From assembly GCA_964561815.1 (NCBI GenBank), contig CAZLQT010000001.1, positions 20,868-56,554 on the forward strand: DNA of 35,687 nt. The letters run 5' to 3'. Below, piece by piece: positions 9,535-18,241 of this stretch (the stretch's first letter is position 1; each line of letters opens with the position of its first letter). The notes beneath the pieces are model-generated. The model searched no databases. It had not been told where the DNA came from and worked only from the letters and a program-made list of their open reading frames with translations. The position numbers were made by a program, and so were the translations under genes. This stretch comes from an uncultured Woeseia sp. (GTDB lineage: Bacteria; Pseudomonadota; Gammaproteobacteria; Steroidobacterales; UBA11654).

Positions 9535-10698
9535 ATGAGCAATAAGAATAGATTAAAGAATCTTGCAAAAGTTTTGCTAGCTATTACTCTTGTTGGAGTA
9601 ATCATTGGTATTAATCTTCCTTTAAGTTCACTCACCCTTCAAACTTGGGGGATCTCAGCTTCTGTCATCGGATTTGCTGCGTCCATGACGGGATTGGCAA
9701 CAGTCGTTATTACGCCATTCTTTTCAAAGTTGATCAACCGCTTTGGTCAAATGGGCATCATGAGATTTTGTTTAGTTGTTTTGCCAATTGCGATTGCTTT
9801 TTTGCCTATCTTTCAAAATATTTATCTTTGGTTTTTACTTAGGTTTATTATCGGAGTTGCTGCGACAGGAGTCTGGTTATTAAGTGAGGTATGGATTAAC
9901 GCCTTAGCTGAAGATCAACACCGAGGTAAGATTATTGCGTTGTATTCCTCGTTAATTTCTTTAGGTCTGATTGTTGGAGTTTTGATTTCATCATTAATAC
10001 CAATTGAGACAGGCGGAGGCTTCTTTGTTTCTGCTGGAATTGCAATTATTTCTGCAATCCCTTTATGGAACATGGAGGATTTACCTGATTTTGATGTAGT
10101 CGAAGATATTTCTTTCTATAGATATATGGTGACAGCACCAGGGCTTATGGGATCCAGCTGGATTATGGGTTTTTTATATGCTGCAACTGCAGCATTGCTT
10201 CCTATCTTTGCTCTTCCGTTTGTCGAGAACGACTACGCTCAGTCATCAAGAACTGTGGCGTGGTTGGCAAGCGGGGAATTAGTCATGCCACTTTTCGTAG
10301 GCTGGTTGGCTGACCGGTATGATAAAACCAGACTAATGATTTATATTTCTTGTGTCAGTGTCATTACTTTAGCTATTTTGCCAGTTATCTTTGATATTGC
10401 AGTTATGCGATTCTTATTCCTATTCATTGTAGGAGGATCAATCATGAGTTTTTATACGCTAGGGCTTACCTTGCTTGGTCAGGAATATAAAGGGAAAGTG
10501 CTGGCTTCTGCTAATGCCAGTTTTATCTTTTTCCTATCGCTAGGAGAGATATTAGGGCCACCTGTGGTTGGGGCAGCCATGGATCTATTTGGCAATAATG
10601 CTTTTGGTTGGTTTATGGCAATAATAGGTTTGATTTATCTCATAATCTTCATTGGCTCAAACGCATCGGGAAATCTTAAAAGATCTAATAAAATTTAA
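9535..10698 (+). CDS. MFS transporter
   Basis: It is about 12 hydrophobic segments long. MFS motif-A-like loops are present (LINRFGQMGIM; GWLADRYDKTRLM). It starts 10 nt after the binding-protein stop. Confidence 0.8.
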   Translation: MSNKNRLKNLAKVLLAITLVGVIIGINLPLSSLTLQTWGISASVIGFAASMTGLATVVITPFFSKLINRFGQMGIMRFCLVVLPIAIAFLPIFQNIYLWFLLRFIIGVAATGVWLLSEVWINALAEDQHRGKIIALYSSLISLGLIVGVLISSLIPIETGGGFFVSAGIAIISAIPLWNMEDLPDFDVVEDISFYRYMVTAPGLMGSSWIMGFLYAATAALLPIFALPFVENDYAQSSRTVAWLASGELVMPLFVGWLADRYDKTRLMIYISCVSVITLAILPVIFDIAVMRFLFLFIVGGSIMSFYTLGLTLLGQEYKGKVLASANASFIFFLSLGEILGPPVVGAAMDLFGNNAFGWFMAIIGLIYLIIFIGSNASGNLKRSNKI

Positions 10699-12071
10699 GC
10701 GATCGGATTTTCTAGAGGCTCATCTTCTTTGTTCTCAGGTTTATCCTTAGGTTTCTCTTCTGGCTTATCTTGGAGTGGGTAATCGTATTGATGCCTAAAG
10801 TTAATACCCTTAGATTCTTGTGCTTCAGCATCGATATAGACGGGTCGATAGACTGTGTTTTTGACAACTGATATTGCAACTCTGTCAATCAAACCTTCAG
10901 GATCAGATTCTATAACTTTAATATTTTCAGTTTTGCCTCCAATTCCAATGTCATAACTCAAAGAGATATTACCTTTTTCGTATAACGTAACTTCTTCCAG
11001 GCTTTCTGGTATTGGGTAGGTATTGGGAATTAGAATATTGCGAACCTTGATTGGTTTAGAGAACCGCTCGACTACAATTTCCCTCATTGCTTCATCTTCT
11101 TCTATGATAGCCCAACAGTCTTTATAGGCTTTCATGCCTGATTGAACTCTGCCAAAACTTGTGTATGTATCACCTAAATCTAGCAAGACTTCGAATTTCA
11201 TCATCAAGTCTTGATTCTCTGATTCTTCTATAACCTCTAAAGCCTTTTTTAGCGGGCTTAAACTTTTGAAAATATCTATGGCTTCTCTACGATGTGAAAA
11301 AGAAATATTTTTATAAGTCTCGATCATAGATTTAATATCTTCAGAATCTCTAACTTCTTGTCGATCCAGAAGTTCCTGATGAACTTCTCTTTCAAGAAAG
11401 ACCTGACCAGTTCGTTTATACCAATTGGCTAATTTATTAAGAGATTCATCCACATTGGAATTATTTACCCCAAAGTGCTTTTTATTTACATAGACTTGAA
11501 ATGTTTGGTGATGATTCGCTTGCTTAAAATCTCTAGTGCCAATATAACTTTCAGTCAATGTGTCGTGAAGTTTAAGTTGAGCGAGATTATGGAATCCTTC
11601 ATTGACATGATTGATTCTTAAGGCTCTTTGAAGAATATCAATCGCTTCTTGATATTGCCCAAATCGATTAAGTGTCAAACCAAATCCATACAGGGGTTCT
11701 ATTAATTCCGGGGAGATAATATTTTGATTGCCTTCAATTAATTCAATACATCTAAGAAATAACAATTGTGCATTGTCAAAATCCTCAACCATATAGTATG
11801 CGCTAGCAAGATTATTAAGGGGCGTGATTAGCTTGAAGCTTTTTTCACCATAGATTTCTTCAGTAAGTGTAACAATTCTTGATGCAGGTAATATACTTTG
11901 CTTAAATCTCTCAGCATCATAAAGCTCGAGGAATTCTTGTTGTAAATTTCTTCTATCAACTACCTTTTGATCTGAATCTGAATCATTGGCCGCAACCGGA
12001 ACCAAGAGGGATAAAAACATTATTAGCCCTGAGGAGTGAATAATAATGTTGCTTAATCTATTTCTTTCCAT
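10695..12071 (-). CDS. exported TPR-repeat protein with TonB-C-terminal-like domain and Lys/Pro/Glu-rich tail
   Basis: It has a signal peptide and TPR-like helical repeats (NLASAYYMVEDFDNAQLLF.., FGQYQEAIDILQRAL..). The C-terminal segment YPIPESL..EKGNISLSYDIGIGGKTENIKVIESDPEGLIDRVAISVVKNTVYRP resembles TonB_C. The tail is DKPEEKPKDKPENKEDEP. Confidence 0.55.
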   Translation of the reverse strand: MERNRLSNIIIHSSGLIMFLSLLVPVAANDSDSDQKVVDRRNLQQEFLELYDAERFKQSILPASRIVTLTEEIYGEKSFKLITPLNNLASAYYMVEDFDNAQLLFLRCIELIEGNQNIISPELIEPLYGFGLTLNRFGQYQEAIDILQRALRINHVNEGFHNLAQLKLHDTLTESYIGTRDFKQANHHQTFQVYVNKKHFGVNNSNVDESLNKLANWYKRTGQVFLEREVHQELLDRQEVRDSEDIKSMIETYKNISFSHRREAIDIFKSLSPLKKALEVIEESENQDLMMKFEVLLDLGDTYTSFGRVQSGMKAYKDCWAIIEEDEAMREIVVERFSKPIKVRNILIPNTYPIPESLEEVTLYEKGNISLSYDIGIGGKTENIKVIESDPEGLIDRVAISVVKNTVYRPVYIDAEAQESKGINFRHQYDYPLQDKPEEKPKDKPENKEDEPLENPIA

Positions 12072-12152
12072 TGCCTTATTATCTTTGAATTAGCTAATGA
12101 TTAATTTATCATATCTGTCTGTTTTTACGACTAGGTCAGAATAAAAAAATCT

Positions 12153-12731
12153 ATGATGGAAATTTCAGAAACACACTTTGTGAATGGAAATAACATTCAA
12201 CCTCCCTATCCAGAAGGCTCATTAGAATTAACAGTCGGTATGGGATGCTTTTGGGGGGCTGAAAAAATGTTTTGGCAATTAGAAGGTGTCCATAGCACAA
12301 GCGTAGGTTATAGCGGAGGGACGAAGGATGAACCCACTTATCGAGAGGTGTGCTCAGGAACCACTGGACATGCCGAGGTGGTCCTAGTTGTATATTACCC
12401 TGACCAAATTTCTACTGAGCAATTACTTAAGGTATTTTGGGAAGGGCATGACCCAACTCAATACATGAGACAGGGTAACGATGTTGGCAGCCAATATCGT
12501 TCAGCGGTGTTTTATTCTGATCCGGAAACGTTTGAATTAATTGAAAAGACAAGAGCACAATACCAGTCAAGTCTGTCCAATGCTGGTTACGGTGAGATTG
12601 TCACAGAAATACTCAAGACCGAAGTTTTTCATTACGCAGAAGATTATCATCAGCAATATTTAGCTAAGAACCCAGATGGATATTGTGGACACGGTGGCTG
12701 CGGTGTTTCTTTTAATCTTTCCGATGATTAG
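12153..12731 (+). CDS. msrA: peptide-methionine (S)-S-oxide reductase
   Basis: It has the catalytic GMGCFWG motif and the C-terminal recycling cysteines (GYCGHGGCG). Confidence 0.93.
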   Translation: MMEISETHFVNGNNIQPPYPEGSLELTVGMGCFWGAEKMFWQLEGVHSTSVGYSGGTKDEPTYREVCSGTTGHAEVVLVVYYPDQISTEQLLKVFWEGHDPTQYMRQGNDVGSQYRSAVFYSDPETFELIEKTRAQYQSSLSNAGYGEIVTEILKTEVFHYAEDYHQQYLAKNPDGYCGHGGCGVSFNLSDD

Positions 12732-13174
12732 TTAAGAACTTTATAACCCCGACCTCTCAAGCAACGCTTTAGGATTCGTTCTTTTTCTCTCACCGCTCTA
12801 ACACCTGATTTTGCTCCTCCTGATACTGCGCCCACTTCAATGGCATCTCGCCTTCCTCGAGCATCATCAGTGATGGCCTCTATCACAGCTCCAACAGCTG
12901 CTCCAGTTGCAGCCCCTTTAGCAATACTTTTTCCAGTTGAAATATCTTCAGAGAAGTTTGAGCATTCCTCCAGATCATTTTCATACTGCGTCATATCAAC
13001 CCCTTTAGTGTCGATAATGGGCTTTGAGCTTTCAAAAATTGAGCTCGAGCTATTTGCAACACAGCCTGAAATAGAAATAATCACAAGGCAGAAAAGCACA
13101 AGAACTCTAATGCTGAGGTAAAAAGTAAGCCAGGCACCAAAGATGTATTGCGACATCATGGATAAATATTTCAT
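12728..13174 (-). CDS. glycine-zipper family lipoprotein
   Basis: The lipobox is ISISGC and the Gly-zipper is KGAATGAAVGAVIEAI...GAVSGGAKSG. The C-terminal CLRGRGYKVLN is typical of this small lipoprotein family. The start codon is uncertain because the N-region is long. Confidence 0.65.
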   Translation of the reverse strand: MKYLSMMSQYIFGAWLTFYLSIRVLVLFCLVIISISGCVANSSSSIFESSKPIIDTKGVDMTQYENDLEECSNFSEDISTGKSIAKGAATGAAVGAVIEAITDDARGRRDAIEVGAVSGGAKSGVRAVREKERILKRCLRGRGYKVLN

Positions 13175-13297
13175 AAACCAAATCCTTTTTGAAGTTATGA
13201 ACAGAATATATCAATAGATTATGAAGAAAAGATGAGGTTTTGTGAATGTTCTAGCGGTGTAACTAATTGTATCTTAGAATGGCTTTCTTTCTTTTTG

Positions 13298-13310
13298 TGT
13301 ATACAATTGT
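13298..13310. promoter_or_regulatory. two overlapping 8-bp palindromes TGTATACA / ACAATTGT just upstream of the adaptor gene (candidate operator)
   Basis: Read directly: TGTATACA is 13298-13305 and ACAATTGT is 13303-13310. They end 12 nt before ATG 13323. Confidence 0.25.
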
Positions 13311-13322
13311 TCGGAATTATTT

Positions 13323-14465
13323 ATGAAGATCGATAGAAATAAAAAAATTGTTGCAGCGGTTATTCTGCTCTTAGTTGCTTCAAGCTTCTTTTACAACGGA
13401 AGTGAAGAAGCAATAAAAGTTCTTGCTGTAAAACCTGAGATTAAGACAGTGGAACAAACTGTTTCCAATACTAGAGCTGGTACCATAGATGCATGCAGGA
13501 GATCTAAAATGTCTCCAGCGATGGGTGGCCAGATTGCGACTCTAGCCGTTGAAGAAGGTGACATGGTTGAAAAAGATCAAATTCTTTTAGAGCTATGGAA
13601 TAAAGAGACCAAAGCTAGAGTAAAAGCTGCTGAGAGAAGTGCAGATCAGACATGTATTATCTCGGCAAAGGCTCAACGCGATGCCGATAGAACCAATGAA
13701 TTGTTTTCAAAAGGCTTAGCCTCAGAAGAAGCAAAGGAAGCAGCGGTAACCAATGCTGAATCTGGACTCGCAGCTTGCAATGCAGCAAAAGCCCAAGTTG
13801 AGGTTACCAAAGCTTCTTTGGAAAGAACTCAATTGATTGCACCTTTCGGTGGCATTGTTGCTGAGATCGAAGGTGAATTAGGGGAGTATGTGACACCTTC
13901 ACCAGTTGGTGTTGCCACTAAACCCACTCTAGATCTTATTGATAACACCTGTATTTACATTAAAGCTCCAATCGATGAAATAGATGCTCCCGAAGTAATT
14001 GCTGGTTTAAAATCTAGAATTACTATGGATGCTTTTGGTCAAAAGGAATTTCCATCAACAGTAAGACGAGTTGCTCCCTATGTCCTGGATCTAGAAAAAC
14101 AGGCCAGAACAGTTGAAATTGAAGCTGTTTTTGATAACCCCCAAGAATTCCTTCTCCCTGGCTACAGTGCTGATATTACAATTATTGTTGATACGTCTGA
14201 AGACACATTAAGCATTCCTTCCCAGGCAGTGATGGGTGGGGATTCAGTTTATCTTATCAATTCAGATGGGACTATCTCTGAAAAAGAAATTGAGGTTGGT
14301 CTTTCCAATTGGCAACTTACCGAGGTATTAAGCGGGCTTAGTCTCGATGATCAAATTGTTCTATCCATCGATAGGAAAGGGCTTGAAGACGGAGTTAAAG
14401 TCTCAGTTGAAGAAACTAACAAAGACCAAGAAGACGAAGTCAGTATCGAAGTAGAAATCGGTTAA
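13323..14465 (+). CDS. efflux periplasmic adaptor (membrane-fusion protein, MacA/HlyD family)
   Basis: It has an N-terminal anchor, a lipoyl-like half-motif (GGQIATLAVEEGDMVEKDQILLEL), a short coiled-coil and LIAPFGGIVAEI. Confidence 0.85.
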   Translation: MKIDRNKKIVAAVILLLVASSFFYNGSEEAIKVLAVKPEIKTVEQTVSNTRAGTIDACRRSKMSPAMGGQIATLAVEEGDMVEKDQILLELWNKETKARVKAAERSADQTCIISAKAQRDADRTNELFSKGLASEEAKEAAVTNAESGLAACNAAKAQVEVTKASLERTQLIAPFGGIVAEIEGELGEYVTPSPVGVATKPTLDLIDNTCIYIKAPIDEIDAPEVIAGLKSRITMDAFGQKEFPSTVRRVAPYVLDLEKQARTVEIEAVFDNPQEFLLPGYSADITIIVDTSEDTLSIPSQAVMGGDSVYLINSDGTISEKEIEVGLSNWQLTEVLSGLSLDDQIVLSIDRKGLEDGVKVSVEETNKDQEDEVSIEVEIG

Positions 14466-14479
14466 AATATCATTCATCA

Positions 14480-15154
14480 ATGATTAATTTAGAAAACCTA
14501 TGCCGTCATTTTGAAGTGGGTAACCAGGTGGTTCGCGCTTTAGATGAAGTCGATTTAGCCATTAATGAAAAAGAATATGTATCTATAATGGGTGTTTCTG
14601 GCTCTGGAAAATCCACACTGCTTAATATACTTGGATTATTAGATACCCCAACCTCAGGCGACTATGTTCTTTCTGGAATTAATACATCGAAAATGAATGA
14701 CGATGAAATGGCACACATTAGATCTACAAAAATAGGGTTTGTTTTTCAGTCTTTTCATTTAATTCCTAGATTAACCGCCGCTGAAAATATAGAGATGCCC
14801 ATGGTTTTGTCAGGGTTAAACCCCAAAGAAAGACAGGAAAAAGTTGATACTGCATTGGCTAGAGTTAATCTAACAGATCGATCAGATCATCGGCCAGAAC
14901 AGCTTTCTGGAGGCCAGAGACAACGAGTTGCTATAGCTCGATCAATTGTCATGGAACCAGATGTTCTATTAGCTGATGAGCCAACTGGGAATCTAGATTC
15001 TTCTTCCAGTAAAGAAATTATTAAATTGATAGAAGAGCTCAATAAAGGCGGGCTAACTCTCGTGGTTGTTACTCATGATAAAGAGATGGGGGGACGATCC
15101 GATCGATTAATAGAACTTTTGGACGGTAAAATTATTAATGATACTAAGAACTAA
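14480..15154 (+). CDS. ABC transporter ATP-binding protein (MacB/LolD-type)
   Basis: It has Walker A (GVSGSGKST), the signature [13 protein letters not shown], Walker B ([12 protein letters not shown]) and the H-loop (VVTHD). Confidence 0.92.
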   Translation: MINLENLCRHFEVGNQVVRALDEVDLAINEKEYVSIMGVSGSGKSTLLNILGLLDTPTSGDYVLSGINTSKMNDDEMAHIRSTKIGFVFQSFHLIPRLTAAENIEMPMVLSGLNPKERQEKVDTALARVNLTDRSDHRPEQLSGGQRQRVAIARSIVMEPDVLLADEPTGNLDSSSSKEIIKLIEELNKGGLTLVVVTHDKEMGGRSDRLIELLDGKIINDTKN

Positions 15155-15156
15155 CT

Positions 15157-16371
15157 ATGCGTTTCTATGATCTTATATTTTTAGCTTTCAGCACTCTGGT
15201 TCGATATCCGCTTCGCACCTTAATGCTTCTTATTGCAACCTCCATAGGTGTTATGGCTGTAATCTTATTAACAGCAGTTGGCGAAGGCGCTAGGGACTAT
15301 ATCACTGGTGAATTTAGAGACATGGGCACCAACTTGCTAATTGTTATTCCCGGAAAGAATGAAACCTCAGGAGGAGGATCGCCTGTAGATTTAGCCGGTG
15401 TTGCACCAAGAGATCTGACGGTTGAAGATGCTATTAGTCTTAGGCAAATTGAAGCAATCAAGAATATTGCACCTATCGTTATTGGTGAAACACCAGCTCA
15501 ATTCAATGGCTTAGAACGAACCGTGCCTATTATTGGTACAACGCCTTCATTTTTGGCTGTTAGAAAATGGGAAATGGCCACTGGGAACTTCTTACCTGGG
15601 GTCACATTAGATCGCTCTCCCCCAGTTTGTGTTATTGGCAAAGAAGTCGAATCCGAACTGTTTGGCAAGAACAAAGCCATTGGTCAATGGTTGAGGGTAG
15701 GTGATCGAAGATGTCGGGTTACAGGCATTATTGGGACAGAAGGAAGGGCAGTTGGAATTGATGCTCAGAAGGTTGTTGTTATGCCTGTTAGTTTAGCCAC
15801 TGCTTTGTTCAATCGTGCTTCACTTTTTAGGATCGGCATAGAAGCCAGAAACACTTGGGAAATGGAGCAGATCAAGAAAGACATTATAAAAATTATAAAA
15901 AAACGCCATCAGGGTAAAGAAGATATTACCGTGATTAGACAAGACTCTGTGATGAAATCTTTCGATAACATTTTTAATGTTTTAACCATGGCCTTGGGGT
16001 CGATTGCTTCAATCAGTTTATTTGTTGCGGGTATTCTAATTATGAATGTTATGTTAGTTGCTGTTTCTCAGCGACAAGCAGAGATTGGTTTACTGAAAGC
16101 TATCGGCGCCAAAAATAATCAGATCAACCACCTCTTTATTACCGAAGCAATAATCTTGTCAGGATCTGGAGCATTATTGGGTTTGGTTTTAGGGCACACT
16201 GTGACCCAAATTCTTAAAGTAGCTTTTCCCACTTTCAATTTCTTGCCGCCTCTTTGGGCATCCTTTGTTTCACTTCTAGTGGCTTTGGTATCAGGTGTAG
16301 TTTTTGGACTATTGCCTGCAAGAAGGGCAGCTAAGCTTGATCCAGTAATAGCATTGTCTGGGAATAAATAA
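15157..16371 (+). CDS. ABC transporter permease, FtsX/MacB-type with large periplasmic domain (permease 1)
   Basis: The layout is TM1, an approximately 220-aa periplasmic domain, then three TMs. It has the FtsX motif GLLKAIGAKNNQI. It starts 2 nt after the ATPase stop. Confidence 0.88.
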   Translation: MRFYDLIFLAFSTLVRYPLRTLMLLIATSIGVMAVILLTAVGEGARDYITGEFRDMGTNLLIVIPGKNETSGGGSPVDLAGVAPRDLTVEDAISLRQIEAIKNIAPIVIGETPAQFNGLERTVPIIGTTPSFLAVRKWEMATGNFLPGVTLDRSPPVCVIGKEVESELFGKNKAIGQWLRVGDRRCRVTGIIGTEGRAVGIDAQKVVVMPVSLATALFNRASLFRIGIEARNTWEMEQIKKDIIKIIKKRHQGKEDITVIRQDSVMKSFDNIFNVLTMALGSIASISLFVAGILIMNVMLVAVSQRQAEIGLLKAIGAKNNQINHLFITEAIILSGSGALLGLVLGHTVTQILKVAFPTFNFLPPLWASFVSLLVALVSGVVFGLLPARRAAKLDPVIALSGNK

Positions 16372-16372
16372 G

Positions 16373-17575
16373 ATGAAAACAAAAGATATTTTTATTTTTT
16401 CAACCTTTTCTGTTATTTCACAGAAAATGAGGAGTTTTTTGACATCTTTAGGGATTGCGATTGGCGTTGTTTGTGTTATTTTTCTAACGAGCTTAGGGCA
16501 AGGCTTGCAAGATTATATCGTCTCACAATTTACCCAATTTGGTAGCAATATCATTGCAATTCAACCGGGCAAGGAACAAACAATGGGGGCACCAATAGGC
16601 GTGTTTGGTACCGTAAGACCATTGTCCTTTGAAGATGTGGAGGCACTCGAGAAGTTGCCTACTATTGATGTCGTGGTTCCTGTCTCAGGAGGTAGTGGCG
16701 AAATTGAAAGCGATACTCGAATGCGTCGATCCATGGTTGTTGGTACTGGATCTAATTACGATGTTATCGTTGACCCTGAAGGTAAAACCTTGGGTAAATA
16801 TCTTCCTGATGATAACCCGAAAACACCCAGGGCTTTTGCAGTTCTAGGCCCGAAAATGAAAGATGAATTATTTGGTGACAAGAATCCCTTGGGTTTAACG
16901 ATCCGCGTCAATTCAACTCGATTCCGCGTCATAGGTGTGCTCCCTCCGAAGGGGGATTTCTTGGGTATGGATCTTGATGATGCTGTCTATATTCCTATTG
17001 CAAAATTTAACTCCATGTTCAATAGGAACGGTTTTCAGGAGATTGATGTTATTCATAAGGACAATGTCACAACCGATGAAGCTGTTGCTTCTGTAAAAAG
17101 ATTATTAATTAATAGGCATGGAGGCGATGACACAACGATTACCACACAGGCAGACATGTTAGAGTCTTTGGGTGAGATTATGAAATGGTTAAAATTTACC
17201 GTCGCTGCTTTTGGGGGGATCTCGCTCTTGGTTGGTGGAGTTGGTATTTTTACTATTATGACAGTTGCTGTTAATGAAAGAACTTCTGAAATCGGAGTCT
17301 TGAGAGCTATAGGGGCATCAAGACGAAGGATCCAAGATGTGTTTTTGCTGGAGTCCATTTTTCTCGCCATCTTAGGCGCGATGCTAGGACTCTCTATTGG
17401 TTTTTTAGCTGTGAATATAGCACTGACCGTCTACCCTGATATGCCAATCGCAATCGCATGGGAATACATTCTCTATGCGATCTTGATCTCATTGTTTATT
17501 GGTTTAGTTGCAGGCTATCTTCCAGCTAGATCAGCAGCCCAACTTGACCCAATCGAAGCTTTGAGGACCGATTAG
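16373..17575 (+). CDS. ABC transporter permease, FtsX/MacB-type with large periplasmic domain (permease 2)
   Basis: It has the same architecture as permease 1 and is a divergent paralogue (GVLRAIGASRRRI). It starts 1 nt after the permease 1 stop. Confidence 0.88.
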   Translation: MKTKDIFIFSTFSVISQKMRSFLTSLGIAIGVVCVIFLTSLGQGLQDYIVSQFTQFGSNIIAIQPGKEQTMGAPIGVFGTVRPLSFEDVEALEKLPTIDVVVPVSGGSGEIESDTRMRRSMVVGTGSNYDVIVDPEGKTLGKYLPDDNPKTPRAFAVLGPKMKDELFGDKNPLGLTIRVNSTRFRVIGVLPPKGDFLGMDLDDAVYIPIAKFNSMFNRNGFQEIDVIHKDNVTTDEAVASVKRLLINRHGGDDTTITTQADMLESLGEIMKWLKFTVAAFGGISLLVGGVGIFTIMTVAVNERTSEIGVLRAIGASRRRIQDVFLLESIFLAILGAMLGLSIGFLAVNIALTVYPDMPIAIAWEYILYAILISLFIGLVAGYLPARSAAQLDPIEALRTD

Positions 17576-18237
17576 GAGGCTATTCTTTGCATCATCTCCG
17601 AGTAGGTGGTTATGTGAGATTCAGTGGGTAAAAAGGTTTCTAGATAGCTCTGCCTTTCTTGCATAGCGTCCCACCACAATCTAATTTTCACACACTCATC
17701 AGGCCATTTTGCATCAAACAGGTGTTCATAGGCACCAAAGCGTTCAAAGAAAGGTGCGTAATGCAGATCAACTAAAGTTAAATTATTGCCCATCCAGAAG
17801 ACACCATCCTTATTTTTTTCGAAACATTCCTTTTCAATGTAGAGCAATCGCTCTTTGATTCTCTTTAGATTCTGTTCCTGAGCTTCCTCATTTTTATGAT
17901 CTCTAAGTAATCTAGTGCAAGCCGGCAAATAATAGTTAGAACAGTAATCCATCCATATTCTTGCCCGCGCCCTCTCATAGAGATCTTCGGGCATTAGTTC
18001 AACTTCTGGGTATCTTTCATCCAAATACTCGTTAATGATAGCCGATTCAAATATCGTTTTGCCCTCATGAACGATTACTGGAACTTTTCCATAAGGTGAG
18101 ATCTCATGAAACCATTCAGGCTTGTTGTAGACATCAATTTCAATTAATTCAAAATCAAGACCTTTCTCAATCAGAACCATTCTGGTTCTTTGGGCATAGG
18201 GACATTTGTCAAAACTGTATATTTTTATATCACTCAT
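17572..18237 (-). CDS. glutathione S-transferase family protein with Cys-type active site (Omega/Lambda-like thiol transferase)
   Basis: It has an N-terminal thioredoxin-fold with FDKCPYAQRTRMVL and GKVPVIVHEG..FESAIINEYL, followed by an alpha-helical GST C-domain. Confidence 0.8.
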   Translation of the reverse strand: MSDIKIYSFDKCPYAQRTRMVLIEKGLDFELIEIDVYNKPEWFHEISPYGKVPVIVHEGKTIFESAIINEYLDERYPEVELMPEDLYERARARIWMDYCSNYYLPACTRLLRDHKNEEAQEQNLKRIKERLLYIEKECFEKNKDGVFWMGNNLTLVDLHYAPFFERFGAYEHLFDAKWPDECVKIRLWWDAMQERQSYLETFLPTESHITTYSEMMQRIAS

Positions 18238-18241
18238 AGCT

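Noticed and set aside
12840-13121. A 93-aa plus-strand ORF rich in Ala/Pro (..ITAPTAAPVAAPLA..).
   Set aside because: It is the antisense reading of the Gly-zipper (GxxxG) codons of the lipoprotein gene 12728..13174. The lipoprotein frame has a lipobox and a family-typical C-terminus, whereas this frame has no such features.
13323-17575. Annotating the ATPase plus two permeases as LolCDE.
   Set aside because: The gene order is D-C-E-like rather than C-D-E, and the cluster is led by a MacA/HlyD-type adaptor, which Lol lacks. I kept it as a MacB-type system of unknown substrate.
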